Below, piece after piece: positions 28,912 through 39,686 of a stretch of DNA of 51,087 nucleotides. Each line of letters begins with the position of its first letter. Positions within the stretch are counted from its first letter, which is position 1. This DNA is from Promethearchaeota archaeon (GTDB lineage Archaea > Asgardarchaeota > Lokiarchaeia > Sigyniarchaeales > SOKP01). The DNA lies in the NCBI GenBank assembly GCA_048940645.1, contig JBHLOI010000023.1:1-51087 (forward strand), in the 5' to 3' direction. The position numbers and the translations under genes are program-made. The notes below the pieces were generated by a model, which ran no database searches, was not told the DNA's origin, and saw only the letters and a program-made list of their open reading frames with translations.

Positions 28912-30120
28912 ATGACACATTTAGAATTAATGAAAGATGTATACTTCGTTGGTTATATCGATTTTGAAGTCAGAAATTTCCATGGATACTCAACACATAA
29001 AGGTTCTTCTTATAATGCGTATATAGTTAAATCAGGGAATAAAACTATCTTAATTGATACAGTAAAGCGTCCCTATTTTGAATACTACTTAGAAAGTATA
29101 AAAGAAGTGTGTGACCCAAAAGAAATTGATTATTTAATCATAAATCATGTTGAGATGGATCATTCTGGTTCTTTTCCCCTTATACTTAAGCATTTACCAA
29201 ATGCTAAAATTATCGCTTCACCAAAAGGAGTTGATAATTTAAGACTTCATTTCCATGAAGAAGTAGAATCTGAAATATTTGATAAGATTAGAGCAGTCAA
29301 AGAAGGTGATACATTAGATATTGGAAACGGTAAAAAATTTGCATTTGTGCCCATACCTATGATTCATTGGCCTGATTCAATGGTATCTTTTATGACAGAT
29401 GAAAATGGAAAAAATATATTATTTTCAAATGATGCTTTTGGACAGCATTTAGCTACATCAATGCGATGGGATGATGAAAATGATCTTTCTGAAATAATGT
29501 GGGAAGCAGAGAAATATTATGCTAATATTTTACTTCATTTATCGGGACTTATAGCAAAGGCGTTACCAAAAGTTGGAGCCTTGCCTATTGATATTATTTG
29601 TCCCTCCCATGGAATTTGTTGGCGAACCCACATTGGTAAAATTGTGGATGCATATAAAAAATGGTCGGCAGGGGAAATTGATGGAAAAAGTGTATTGATT
29701 GTTTATGATACAATGTGGGGGAGTACTGAAAAAATTGCTAAAGCATTGTTTATAGAGATCAGCCATAGAGGCATACCAGTAAAGAGATTCAGATTAACAA
29801 ATGCAGATTACTCTGATGTTATTACTGAGGTAATGAAAGCCAAAGCTATTTTAGTAGGAAGCCCAACACTAAACAATGGTCTCTATCCCTTAGTTGCAGA
29901 GTATTTAAGCTATCAAAGAGGATTAAAACCTATTAAAAAAATAGGTATGGCTTTTGGATCTTATGGTTGGGGTGGAGGAGCAGTAAAAGAAATAATAAAA
30001 GAACTAGAAGCTACCGGTATAGATGTTTTGGATGAAAAAGTAGAGTTAAAATTCGTTCCAAAACCAGAAGATTTAGATTTTAAAAATATAATTGATAAAT
30101 TAGTTAAAAAAATGGGATAA
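28912..30120 (+). CDS. fprA: flavodiiron protein (class A; O2/NO reductase)
   Basis: HVEMDHSG, HWPDS, SNDAFGQH, PSHG, TMWGST, FGSYGWGG. Confidence 0.93.
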   Translation: MTHLELMKDVYFVGYIDFEVRNFHGYSTHKGSSYNAYIVKSGNKTILIDTVKRPYFEYYLESIKEVCDPKEIDYLIINHVEMDHSGSFPLILKHLPNAKIIASPKGVDNLRLHFHEEVESEIFDKIRAVKEGDTLDIGNGKKFAFVPIPMIHWPDSMVSFMTDENGKNILFSNDAFGQHLATSMRWDDENDLSEIMWEAEKYYANILLHLSGLIAKALPKVGALPIDIICPSHGICWRTHIGKIVDAYKKWSAGEIDGKSVLIVYDTMWGSTEKIAKALFIEISHRGIPVKRFRLTNADYSDVITEVMKAKAILVGSPTLNNGLYPLVAEYLSYQRGLKPIKKIGMAFGSYGWGGGAVKEIIKELEATGIDVLDEKVELKFVPKPEDLDFKNIIDKLVKKMG

Positions 30121-30135
30121 AAAGAGTGAATTAAG

Positions 30136-31314
30136 ATGGACTTTAAATTAACTGAAGAGCAAATAGCACTTCAAAAAAAAGCGAGAGAATTTGCAATTCG
30201 TGAGGTTTTACCAGTAGCAAGAAAATATGATGAATCAGAAGAATTTCCTTTACCTGTTATTAAAAAAGCTTGGGAAGAAGGTTTACTTAATTTGGCAATT
30301 CCTAAACAATATGGGGGTCCAGGATATGGATTATTAGAGTCTTGTATTGTAGTAGAAGAAATTTCATCAGCTTGTCCTGGTATAGCAACATCGATATTTG
30401 ATAATAATCTTGGAGCCGAACCAATAGTGATCGGAGGAAATGAGGAACAAAAACAAAGAATTTTAACCGAATTAATTAGTGAGTTTAAATTAATCGCATT
30501 TGCTACTTCTGAACCAACTATGGGATCTGATGTTGCTGGAATGAGATGCAGAGCTGAAAAGGATGGAGATGAGTATATTTTGAATGGCAGTAAATTCTGG
30601 GTCACTAATGGTGGACACGCGGATTATATTAGTATTTTTGCAACTGCAGATCCAGAAAAAAAGCATAAGGGAATAGCAGCTTTTATTGTTGATACTAAAG
30701 CTGAGGGTGTAAGATTAGGGAAACATATACCAAAACTTGGTCAAAGATCGTCAAATACAGTAGCAGTAAGCTTGAAAAATGTTAGAATACCTAAAGAAAA
30801 CATTTTAGCAAAACCAGGAAGAGGTTTTGTTTTAGCTATGCAAACTTTTGCGCATACGCGACCTGCTATTGGAGCTTTTGCCGTAGGATGCGCTCGATCT
30901 GCAATGGAATATTCCATTGATTATGCTAAAAAAAGAGAGGCTTTTGGTAGATCAATTGAGAATTTTCAAATGATACAAGAAAAAATTGCTAATATGTATA
31001 AAGATATTGAAGCTGCACGTTTATTAACCTATAAAGCAGCTTGGGAAGCAGACCAAGGTATGGATAATAATTTGAGTTCCTCAATTGCTAAAGCTTTCGC
31101 TTCGGATGTTGCTATGAACGTCACAACTGAAGCAATTCAAATCTTCGGGGGGTATGGGTATTTGAGAACATACCCGGTCGAAAAATTATTTAGAGACGCT
31201 AAATTATATCAAATATATGAAGGAACAAGCGAAATTCAAAGAATTGTAATATCTAGGTTTGTTTTAAATAGATATGAGCATGCAATGCCTTTTCTAGGAA
31301 AAAAAAGAGATTAA
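30136..31314 (+). CDS. acyl-CoA dehydrogenase
   Basis: SEPTMGSD, LNGSKFWVTN, R.AFG..I..FQ, QIFGGYGY, YEGTSEIQR. Confidence 0.95.
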   Translation: MDFKLTEEQIALQKKAREFAIREVLPVARKYDESEEFPLPVIKKAWEEGLLNLAIPKQYGGPGYGLLESCIVVEEISSACPGIATSIFDNNLGAEPIVIGGNEEQKQRILTELISEFKLIAFATSEPTMGSDVAGMRCRAEKDGDEYILNGSKFWVTNGGHADYISIFATADPEKKHKGIAAFIVDTKAEGVRLGKHIPKLGQRSSNTVAVSLKNVRIPKENILAKPGRGFVLAMQTFAHTRPAIGAFAVGCARSAMEYSIDYAKKREAFGRSIENFQMIQEKIANMYKDIEAARLLTYKAAWEADQGMDNNLSSSIAKAFASDVAMNVTTEAIQIFGGYGYLRTYPVEKLFRDAKLYQIYEGTSEIQRIVISRFVLNRYEHAMPFLGKKRD

Positions 31315-31385
31315 TCCTAAGCTTTTTTATTATTTTTATTTTTATTTTTTTCCTAATTTTATTTTCTAAGATTTTTACTTGATAA

Positions 31386-32276
31386 TTATTTAAAGAAAAC
31401 TTTTAAATTAGAATCTAAACTTTTTCTAATCTTATAATTTTTGTATATGTGGATCATGATTATACTGATGATGAGAAAGATAATCATTATATTAACTGCA
31501 GAAAAATTAAATAAAAAAATATTACCTTCGCAATTATATTCATGGACACCTCCGGCATAATTTAATAGTACTATGTTTCCAAAGACGATGTTATTATTAC
31601 TATGACTTAATCTTATGCCCTTATTAAAATTTTCATTCGCTATATTTCTCAAAATCATGTTATTATTACTATAATATAAATATATTCCATCAATATCATG
31701 GGAGTTTGCTGTATTTCCCAAAATCTTATTGTAATTACTATAACGTAAGGTTATGCCACCATCATAATTGTGGTATACTATGTTTTCTGAAATTGTATTA
31801 TGATTACTATACTCTAAATATATCCCTTGAGCACCATTTCGAAAACAGTTGTTTTTAATTAATAAGGAATTTTGAACATTTGACAATTTGATTCCTGCAT
31901 TCTCTTCATCGATGCCAGAATTGGAAACAGTACAACCTTCAATTATAAAGAACACATCCGAATTTTCAATCAGTATACAACTTCCATATCCTCCCGCATC
32001 TATTATTAAATTTTCTATAATATAAGGGTTGGAATATGTACCTTCACCTTTACATATTCCCGCCGTTTTAGCATTCTGCCAATCAGAATTACCATTTATA
32101 TAAATTTTTCCTGATATTTTAGAACTTTTTAAATTTAAATTATGTAAGTTAATATAAGTGTTCCAAGCAGGTACTTCTTCGCTTCCATTAACGCTAAATA
32201 CAAATAATTTATTAATCAGAACCGAGAAAACGATTAAAATTCCAATTGTTATTAAAAGCGAATAATATCTTCTCAT
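31386..32276 (-). CDS. NosD/CASH beta-helix protein with N- and C-terminal TM segments
   Basis: Repeated GIYL..SN.N.I..N; G.GT..NPYIIEN. Confidence 0.85.
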   Translation of the reverse strand: MRRYYSLLITIGILIVFSVLINKLFVFSVNGSEEVPAWNTYINLHNLNLKSSKISGKIYINGNSDWQNAKTAGICKGEGTYSNPYIIENLIIDAGGYGSCILIENSDVFFIIEGCTVSNSGIDEENAGIKLSNVQNSLLIKNNCFRNGAQGIYLEYSNHNTISENIVYHNYDGGITLRYSNYNKILGNTANSHDIDGIYLYYSNNNMILRNIANENFNKGIRLSHSNNNIVFGNIVLLNYAGGVHEYNCEGNIFLFNFSAVNIMIIFLIISIIMIHIYKNYKIRKSLDSNLKVFFK

Positions 32277-32447
32277 TATTCTTTCTCAGACTGTTAAAAC
32301 CAAATCAAATAAAAAGAATATAGTTAAGTATTTAAAAATTGACCCCTATTGTTTATCGTGTCATTAAAAGGTATTAAATGTAATTAAAATGATTTTAACT
32401 CTGCCCAGTCTTAAAAAGTGCGTTTATTAATAGTAAGGATAAATCTA

Positions 32448-32996
32448 TTAGTTTTTTTTTAAGATCAATTTAGAAACTTCCAAAAAGTTATCAGTAATAA
32501 CATCAGGCTTTATACCCTTTTGCTCTAATTCCTCAATATGTCTCACTCCGTGCCCCGTTTGAAGATATGCTGTCTTACACCCTCCATTCAAACCAAAGAG
32601 AATATCTGAGGGATGATCTCCAATAACCCATGATTCATTAAGGTTAATATTGTACTCTTTTGCGATTAATTGTAAAAATTTAGGTTTAGGTTTCTTGCAC
32701 TTACAATTATCTTCTGCCAAATGGGGGCAGAAATAGGTTTTTTCTATTTTTATATTATTCTTGTCTAGTGTACTTAATAAATGATTATTGAAATTGTGAA
32801 AATCTTCAACGGAGTAGTAGCCTTTTCCAATACCAGATTGATTGGTCACTATAAAGAACAAGAATGAATCCTTAAGTAAATTCAATCCTTCACATACTCC
32901 TGGTAAAATTTCAAAATCTTCTATTTTATATGCATAATTTTTATCTTCTATTAATGTACCATCTCTATCTAAAATAATTGCTTTATTCTTTACCAT
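32448..32996 (-). CDS. HAD-IIIA phosphatase, GmhB-like
   Basis: LDRDGT, VTNQSGIG, CPH....C.CKKP, IGD..SD. Confidence 0.88.
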   Translation of the reverse strand: MVKNKAIILDRDGTLIEDKNYAYKIEDFEILPGVCEGLNLLKDSFLFFIVTNQSGIGKGYYSVEDFHNFNNHLLSTLDKNNIKIEKTYFCPHLAEDNCKCKKPKPKFLQLIAKEYNINLNESWVIGDHPSDILFGLNGGCKTAYLQTGHGVRHIEELEQKGIKPDVITDNFLEVSKLILKKN

Positions 32997-33040
32997 CTTT
33001 AACCCATTTAAAATTAATTCTAAAGATACTAAAAAATTTT

Positions 33041-34405
33041 TTAAAAAAACAAGAAAGTAATTATAGCAAGGTAACCAATTCCCAAAATTATGTGGAATAA
33101 AGCAAATAATCCACCAACCTTTAATAATTTCTTATAATTCATACCATCCACGCAATATTTCGTTGAGAGCTCGAGTGTCATCATATCAGCAGCAGAACCT
33201 TGGGGTAAAAAATTACCTCCTAAATTAATTCCTAATATAAATGCAATAATGAGAGGAGTTGAGGCAAATCCCGAAGAAATTAAAAGATGTATAATAGGAA
33301 TAAAAATCACTGTTACTGGAACATTATCAAGAAATCCAGAAAGGATTGATGTTAAAACTAAAATTAAAATTGATAATAAAAAAATGTTTGATGGGGCAAA
33401 CAAATTTATAAAATCTTCAAATATTCCAATAATGCCAGCAACCTCAAAGCAATAAACTAAAATAAATAAGCAAATAAAGAAAAATATTAGTTTAAAATCT
33501 ACTTCTTTAAGATAATGTGAGATATCTGGTTGCTTTCTACCCGATTCTTTTCTACGTGGATTAATAAATACAAACATTAGCATTCCAAAGATACCTACAA
33601 ATACGATATTTGGAATTGCAATTAACAAAACAAAAAAAGTTAATAATGCAATAAGATTTTTGTAAAATACCTTTGAACTAATTGGTTCTTCCATTATAAC
33701 TAATTCATGCTCTTTTAAATGTTCTGAATCTACGGGTTCTTCGTATTCAACGCAGTGTGGAACCCAAATATCTTTTAAATGTTTTTTAAGAAAGAATTGG
33801 TCTAATAAAAATAATGTCGTTAAAACCCCAATTACAAAAAATATCCCCAAACTAATGAAAAACCAGTTTGTGGTAAGAAAAAATTCGTTTGCGATTAAAA
33901 CGTTCTGGGCTGAACCAAAAGGAGTTAACGTGGCCGCAAGATTGATACAAATAGTCACACCAAGTAAAATAGGAGTTGGATTTATTCGCATTTTCTCACT
34001 GGTACTGATTATCATAGGTATAAAAATAACCGCAACTGAAATGTCCTCAATAAAAGCGGCACTGATAGTTGAAATTAAACATATTACCCAAAAGAATTTC
34101 CTAGTATTAGTACTGAATTTCTTTGTAATCCGTAAGGCGATCTCATTAAAGATCCTTTTATCTTCTAAAATTGCAACTATTGTAAACATAGAGATTAAGA
34201 AAAAAATTACTGGCCAATCAATCGCCAGAAAAAAATTCTCAAGAGTTATAGGTGTCGGTGAATCTAGGAAAAAAATATAGGTGGCTGTAGCTGCTGCTAA
34301 CATAGATGCCATGCTATATGCCAAAAAGTCTGTTTTTTCACGGAACAGAGCTATTATTATGATTAAAAAACAGATTATAATGAAAATTTGTAAAAATAAG
34401 GACAT
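33041..34405 (-). CDS. ArsB/NhaD/SLC13-type ion transporter permease
   Basis: IDW..IFFL, SAFIED, TPFGSAQN, SGFLDNVP, NLGGN..P.GS. Confidence 0.88.
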   Translation of the reverse strand: MSLFLQIFIIICFLIIIIALFREKTDFLAYSMASMLAAATATYIFFLDSPTPITLENFFLAIDWPVIFFLISMFTIVAILEDKRIFNEIALRITKKFSTNTRKFFWVICLISTISAAFIEDISVAVIFIPMIISTSEKMRINPTPILLGVTICINLAATLTPFGSAQNVLIANEFFLTTNWFFISLGIFFVIGVLTTLFLLDQFFLKKHLKDIWVPHCVEYEEPVDSEHLKEHELVIMEEPISSKVFYKNLIALLTFFVLLIAIPNIVFVGIFGMLMFVFINPRRKESGRKQPDISHYLKEVDFKLIFFFICLFILVYCFEVAGIIGIFEDFINLFAPSNIFLLSILILVLTSILSGFLDNVPVTVIFIPIIHLLISSGFASTPLIIAFILGINLGGNFLPQGSAADMMTLELSTKYCVDGMNYKKLLKVGGLFALFHIILGIGYLAIITFLFF

Positions 34406-34514
34406 TTGACAACTATGTTTAAAGTTCTTAATTTTATTATTTAACTAATTTAATAAATATTGAATTTTAAATACCAGCAATATAAAAAATAAAAAAATAG
34501 GAAAAATTTTTAAA

Positions 34515-34907
34515 TTATTTTTCAGAAATCCATAAACCATGAATATTACAATACTCTCTTGCAATAAGGCCCTCAGGATTAGCGAAAGTAAAAGTTGCTT
34601 TAGGTTCATCACCAGGATTTAAAAATCGTCTTTCATAACAACCATCTTTACAAACGACTTCAATCCACATAATCCAATGTTCTTCTGTCATAGGATGTGG
34701 GGTACCCATTGAAATTCCAACATCGACAGTGACTTTATTCCCTTCGATAGTAATTTTGGGAACATGTTTTTCAGTTTTCCATTCTTTCCATTGTGGTTCC
34801 ATCAACTTCATAGATTGACCACAACAATTAGTTTCTGGAGCAGCAGGATTAAGAATTTCCATTACTTTTCCACAAATTTCACATTTATATATTTCCTTTT
34901 GTTGCAT
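34515..34907 (-). CDS. dfx: desulfoferrodoxin (2Fe superoxide reductase)
   Basis: YKCEICG...CCG, EKHVP, HPM..EH.I, CNIHG. True start is ATG 34907; the track's extension overlaps rbr. Confidence 0.93.
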   Translation of the reverse strand: MQQKEIYKCEICGKVMEILNPAAPETNCCGQSMKLMEPQWKEWKTEKHVPKITIEGNKVTVDVGISMGTPHPMTEEHWIMWIEVVCKDGCYERRFLNPGDEPKATFTFANPEGLIAREYCNIHGLWISEK

Positions 34908-34989
34908 ATAAATTTCACTCAAAAAAATTATTGTTCTTAACTCATTCAGTTTATTATTTAACGATTTTGATTTTAAATTAAAAGTTTTT

Positions 34990-35580
34990 TTAGAAATCTT
35001 CACATTTCTTCCTATAATAAGCTCTAGGATGATCACAAGACGGACATTTGAAATCTTCTGGTAGATGATCCATTTCTACCTCATAACCACATTCCATACA
35101 TACCCAAACGATCTTTTTACCTCGTTTAAAGAACGCATCATCACCAACTAATTTAAGCAGCTTTCCATATCGTTCTGAGTGATGCTTTTCAGCACGTATA
35201 ATCCCACGTACTCTTTTTGCAATGTCAGGATAACCTTCTTGTTCAGCTGTTGCAACTATATCAGGATAAAGAGTTTGCCATTCCATGTTTTCTCCTGCTA
35301 TTGCAGATTTTAAATTATCGATTGTGGTTCCATGGGTCGTAGGGAACTCTGCCTCAGGTAATACTCTCATCTCATCAAACGGTTCTTCTTTTTTGAAGCT
35401 TTGGAGCATTTTATAATACCAAGATCCATGCTCACGTTCTTGATCTGCTGTTTCTTGAAATATATTAGAAACTAAACCATACCCTTCTTTTTTAGCGATT
35501 TTTGAAAAGAAGGTATATCTGTTTCTAGCTTGAGACTCACCAACATAGGCGGTATATAATTTTTTTGCTGTTTCTTTCAT
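34990..35580 (-). CDS. rbr: rubrerythrin
   Basis: GESQARNRY, QEREH, GE..E, AEKHH, C-terminal CMECG...CPSCDH. Confidence 0.95.
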   Translation of the reverse strand: MKETAKKLYTAYVGESQARNRYTFFSKIAKKEGYGLVSNIFQETADQEREHGSWYYKMLQSFKKEEPFDEMRVLPEAEFPTTHGTTIDNLKSAIAGENMEWQTLYPDIVATAEQEGYPDIAKRVRGIIRAEKHHSERYGKLLKLVGDDAFFKRGKKIVWVCMECGYEVEMDHLPEDFKCPSCDHPRAYYRKKCEDF

Positions 35581-35739
35581 AATTCTACCCTCTTATGTAT
35601 AATTTTAAGTTTACGTAACAAATGAATTTTGTTGAGTTTATTATTATTTGGCTTATTTTAACTTTTATACTTATAATCTATAGACATTCCGCAACTAAGT
35701 TGTATAATTTAAAAAGTTTCAATTAGAGAAAATTAAAAA

Positions 35740-38127
35740 TTAAATTTCAAAATGATATTTATTTTCTCTTTCTACAGGATATCCCTTTCTTTGCCAAACT
35801 CTCATCCCACCTGATAAGTTTCTTACATCTCTATAGCCTTCTCTTACTAATAGTTGGGCAGCCATCATTGATCTTCCACCAACAGCACATAATACTACAA
35901 TTTCTTTGTCCTTATATTCATTTAATAAATCTACATTACGTATTAATTTTCCTAAAGGAATTAATTTCGCATCTTTAATATTACCCACATTATGGTATTC
36001 TTGTGGTTCTCTTACATCTACTATTATTGCAGGACAATCGTCTGTACCTAATCTATCAAAAAGTTCATCAACACTGATTTCTGACAACGCAGGGGCGTCT
36101 TGGGTTCTTAATTCCGCTCTAGTTTTCTTCCTAACTTTAATTGGAGCTTTAAGTTCATCCGAAGTTACTTCACCCTTTTCAAGAATTGCAACTAGTTTTC
36201 CTTCTTCTTTTCCTAGCTTTAGTAGATTTACACTTTCATTTAGCTTCACATAAGCTTCTACGCTAGATTTAAATCCTGGATCTGTTGCATAAATTTTTAG
36301 TTTTTTACCTTGAGATAGATTTTCAAGCCCTTGTATAAGTGCATTTAATGGGCCTGGACATGAAATACCACACGCATCAACTTCCATAAGTTCATCGATT
36401 TCAAAAGTTTTTCTATCAATCATTTCTTCGATGACTTCTTCTGGTGGTCCACAAGCTTCGGCAATTTCTTGTGTAGTGGCAGCTGCAGTCTTAAATAGTT
36501 TATATCCCCCAGTAAGGTTATAAACACTATTAAAACCTTTTTGTACCAATAATCTTGTTGTTAAATACCCTCTAAACCCAACCTCACAAAACACATAAAT
36601 ATCTTTATCTTTTGGTATTTCATTTAATCTATTTCTCAACTCTAAATCATTAATATTTACAGCATTTTCTATACTTCCAACTGCATATTCTTCTGGAGTT
36701 CTGACATCAAGAAGGAAACTATTATTTTGTTGTATTTCTGGCAAATCTTCCCAATGCCATATGGGATGATCGCCTTTGATAACGTTTGCCCCAACAAATC
36801 CTGCCATATTCACAGGATCTTTTGCCGAACCAAATGGAGGCGCATAAGTAAGTTCTAACTCTTCTAAATCAAATACTGTTCCACCAAACTTTATTACAGT
36901 TGAAATTACATCTATACGTTTTTCTGTACCTGAACCTCCAACTGCTTGAGCTCCTAAGATTTTTCCAGTAGGAACTTCAAACAGTAACTTTAAAGTGATT
37001 GGAGTGGCTCCAGGATAATAACCAGCATGGTTATTTGGATGCACATATATTTTTTCATATTTTATATCTGTATTCTTTAGTTGTTTTTCACTTAATCCTA
37101 CAAATGAAACTGTTAGATCAAAAACTTTTAAAACAGAAGCTCCTAAAACGCCTTTATATTTAGAAAATCTTCCAGCAATGTTATCAGCTGCGATTCTTCC
37201 TTGCTTATTTGCAGGACCTGCTAAAGGAATCGCTGTTGGTTCATTTGTGACAAAATTTTTAGTCTGAACTGCATCTCCCACAGCGAAAATATAAGGATCT
37301 GAAGTCCGCATATTTTCATCTACAACTATGTGTCCTTTTGGTCCGAGTTTTAAACCTGCATCTTTTGCTAACTTATTTTCAGGTTTTACTCCAATAGTTA
37401 AGATAACAATGTCAGTTTTAACTTTTTTACCGCTCTTTGGTATCACATAATTACATTTATTCTGATCACATTCAAATGAATCTACAGCATCTCCTAATTG
37501 AAGGCATACCCCGTTTAAAATTAATTCTTGATGTACAAATTGAGCCATCTCTTTATCTAATGGTGCCAGCACTTGATCCAGCATTTCAACTATTTTGACT
37601 CTAATTCCTCTTTCTTTCAAGTTTTCAGCCATCTCTAAACCGATATATCCACCCCCAATTATAGTGGCATGTTTCACTTCATTTTTCTCGGCGAACTCTC
37701 TTATTTTCACAGAATCTGGAATTGTTCTAAGTGTAAAACTTGGTACTTCTTCCAATCCTTTAAATGGGGGAACTATTGGAGATGCACCAGGAGAGAGTAT
37801 TAAGTAATCGTATTCTAAACTATATTCTTTATCAATTTCAAGATTTTTAATATTTACAGTCTTTTCTTCCTTATTAATTGATAATACTTCATGATTTACC
37901 CTCACATCAATATTAAATCTATCGAAAAAATCTTCAGGAGTCATCAGTTCTAACTGTTCACGTTCTTTAATCACATTTCCTACATAATAAGGTAAACCAC
38001 AATTTGCAAATGAAACATAAAGGCCCTTTTCAAGAACAATTATCTCGAAATCCTCCCTTAACCTTCTTAAACGAGCTGCTGCAGAAGCGCCTCCAGCAAC
38101 TCCACCAATAATTACAACTCTTTGCAT
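35740..38127 (-). CDS. CoA-disulfide/persulfide reductase fused to rhodanese, TusA and a second rhodanese
   Basis: GGVAGG, SFANCGLPY, YAPPF; rhodanese FCEVGFR; TusA DACGISCPGP; rhodanese LCAVGGRS. Confidence 0.92.
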   Translation of the reverse strand: MQRVVIIGGVAGGASAAARLRRLREDFEIIVLEKGLYVSFANCGLPYYVGNVIKEREQLELMTPEDFFDRFNIDVRVNHEVLSINKEEKTVNIKNLEIDKEYSLEYDYLILSPGASPIVPPFKGLEEVPSFTLRTIPDSVKIREFAEKNEVKHATIIGGGYIGLEMAENLKERGIRVKIVEMLDQVLAPLDKEMAQFVHQELILNGVCLQLGDAVDSFECDQNKCNYVIPKSGKKVKTDIVILTIGVKPENKLAKDAGLKLGPKGHIVVDENMRTSDPYIFAVGDAVQTKNFVTNEPTAIPLAGPANKQGRIAADNIAGRFSKYKGVLGASVLKVFDLTVSFVGLSEKQLKNTDIKYEKIYVHPNNHAGYYPGATPITLKLLFEVPTGKILGAQAVGGSGTEKRIDVISTVIKFGGTVFDLEELELTYAPPFGSAKDPVNMAGFVGANVIKGDHPIWHWEDLPEIQQNNSFLLDVRTPEEYAVGSIENAVNINDLELRNRLNEIPKDKDIYVFCEVGFRGYLTTRLLVQKGFNSVYNLTGGYKLFKTAAATTQEIAEACGPPEEVIEEMIDRKTFEIDELMEVDACGISCPGPLNALIQGLENLSQGKKLKIYATDPGFKSSVEAYVKLNESVNLLKLGKEEGKLVAILEKGEVTSDELKAPIKVRKKTRAELRTQDAPALSEISVDELFDRLGTDDCPAIIVDVREPQEYHNVGNIKDAKLIPLGKLIRNVDLLNEYKDKEIVVLCAVGGRSMMAAQLLVREGYRDVRNLSGGMRVWQRKGYPVERENKYHFEI

Positions 38128-38403
38128 ATTTTACTCAACTATTTTAAGGTTGTGCATTTCTATACCATAACTTAATAATTCAAGTTAAATGTTTCATATA
38201 AACCTCATCGTTATGAATTATATCACAAATCAAAATGTCATTTAATTTAATCTAATTATTTATGATTAGAATTTATGAATTAAAAATTATAAAAAAATGA
38301 ACAAAGAAAATGATTAAAATTTTTAATCTATAAGAACAAATTTTTTAACTTTAGCTCATGTAATTGTAAATAAATTATTCTATTAGTTAACCAAGTGTGA
38401 TTT

Positions 38404-39564
38404 TTGAAGAAAAAGATAATTATAATAGCATTGTTATCCATAATTATAATTTCAGCACTGACATTTTCTATTATTTGGTATTTGAATTCAAATACAAAAA
38501 AAATATTTGGTTATGATATAGAACTGGCTTTTCCGAATCTTACATTTATAAATCCTGTAGGAATTTATTCACCAAATGATGGTTCGAATCGTTTATTTAT
38601 CTTGGAACAAGGAGGCAGGATTTTTTCTTTTAACAATAATTACACTGTGCAGCAAAAAAATCTATTTCTTGATATATCTGATCTTATTATTACTGGAGGT
38701 GAAAGGGGATTATTAGGCTTAGCTTTCCACCCTAACTTTTCTCAGAATGGATATTTCTATTTAGATTATACAGATACTAATGGAGATACAGTAGTTTCTC
38801 GTTTTCAGGTGAATTCAGGTAATAAAAATTTTGCAAATAAATCTAGTGAATATATTTTATTAAATGTAGAACAACCCTATTCGAATCATAATGGAGGACA
38901 GATAGCATTCGGACCAGATGGGTATTTATATATAGCTTTAGGAGATGGAGGTTCAGCTGGAGATCCACTGGGAAATGGTCAAAATCGAAATACATTACTA
39001 GGATCAATTTTACGAATTGATGTTGATTCAGCTACACCTTATGCAATTCCTAGTGATAATCCTTTTTTTGGAAATTTAAATGGTTATAGGGAGGAAATTT
39101 ACGCTTTTGGTTTACGAAACCCATGGCGTTTTAGTTTTGATCCTATTACTGGTAATCTTTGGGCAGGAGATGTAGGACAGAGCGCATGGGAAGAGATTGA
39201 TATAATTGAGAGTGGAAATAATTATGGATGGAGTGCAATGGAAGGAAATCACCCATATTCTCCTGGTATCAATGTTACAAAAGTAGAACCTCCAATATAT
39301 GAATATGGACATAATATTGGACATTCCATTACTGGAGGATTTGTTTACCGCGGTTTTAAATTACCAGAATTATATGGTAAATATATATATGGCGATTATG
39401 AATATGGTCAGGTATGGGCATTAAAGTATGATGGATTAAATCCAAGTAATAATTCAATTTTAGTTGATACAACTCTAGAAATAACTTCATTTGGTTTAGA
39501 TGCTAATTATGAAATCTTTTTTTGTGCTTTCAACGGTAAAATTTATACAATTAAAAAAATTTAG
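38404..39564 (+). CDS. glucose/sorbosone (PQQ-type) dehydrogenase family beta-propeller, membrane anchored
   Basis: GERGLLGLAFHP, NHNGG..FGPDG.LY...GDGG, GLRNPWR.SFD, NYGW. Confidence 0.9.
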   Translation: MKKKIIIIALLSIIIISALTFSIIWYLNSNTKKIFGYDIELAFPNLTFINPVGIYSPNDGSNRLFILEQGGRIFSFNNNYTVQQKNLFLDISDLIITGGERGLLGLAFHPNFSQNGYFYLDYTDTNGDTVVSRFQVNSGNKNFANKSSEYILLNVEQPYSNHNGGQIAFGPDGYLYIALGDGGSAGDPLGNGQNRNTLLGSILRIDVDSATPYAIPSDNPFFGNLNGYREEIYAFGLRNPWRFSFDPITGNLWAGDVGQSAWEEIDIIESGNNYGWSAMEGNHPYSPGINVTKVEPPIYEYGHNIGHSITGGFVYRGFKLPELYGKYIYGDYEYGQVWALKYDGLNPSNNSILVDTTLEITSFGLDANYEIFFCAFNGKIYTIKKI

Positions 39565-39686
39565 CTTAATTACAATAAAAATTATTTTTAAGAAATCCTT
39601 CTTTAATAAAATGCCTTCAATTAAGTCTTGATCGACAATGTTTCTAAAAATCTTAAAAAATAAGAAATGATAAAAATTCTGTTTTA

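Noticed and set aside
34908-35036. N-terminal extension of desulfoferrodoxin in the track
   Set aside because: Overlaps the rbr 3' end and is intergenic-like; the domain starts at ATG 34907.
38211-38282. TTATGAATTA-like repeats between the CoADR fusion and the GSDH gene
   Set aside because: Short, AT-rich and irregularly spaced; cannot be distinguished from background without statistics.
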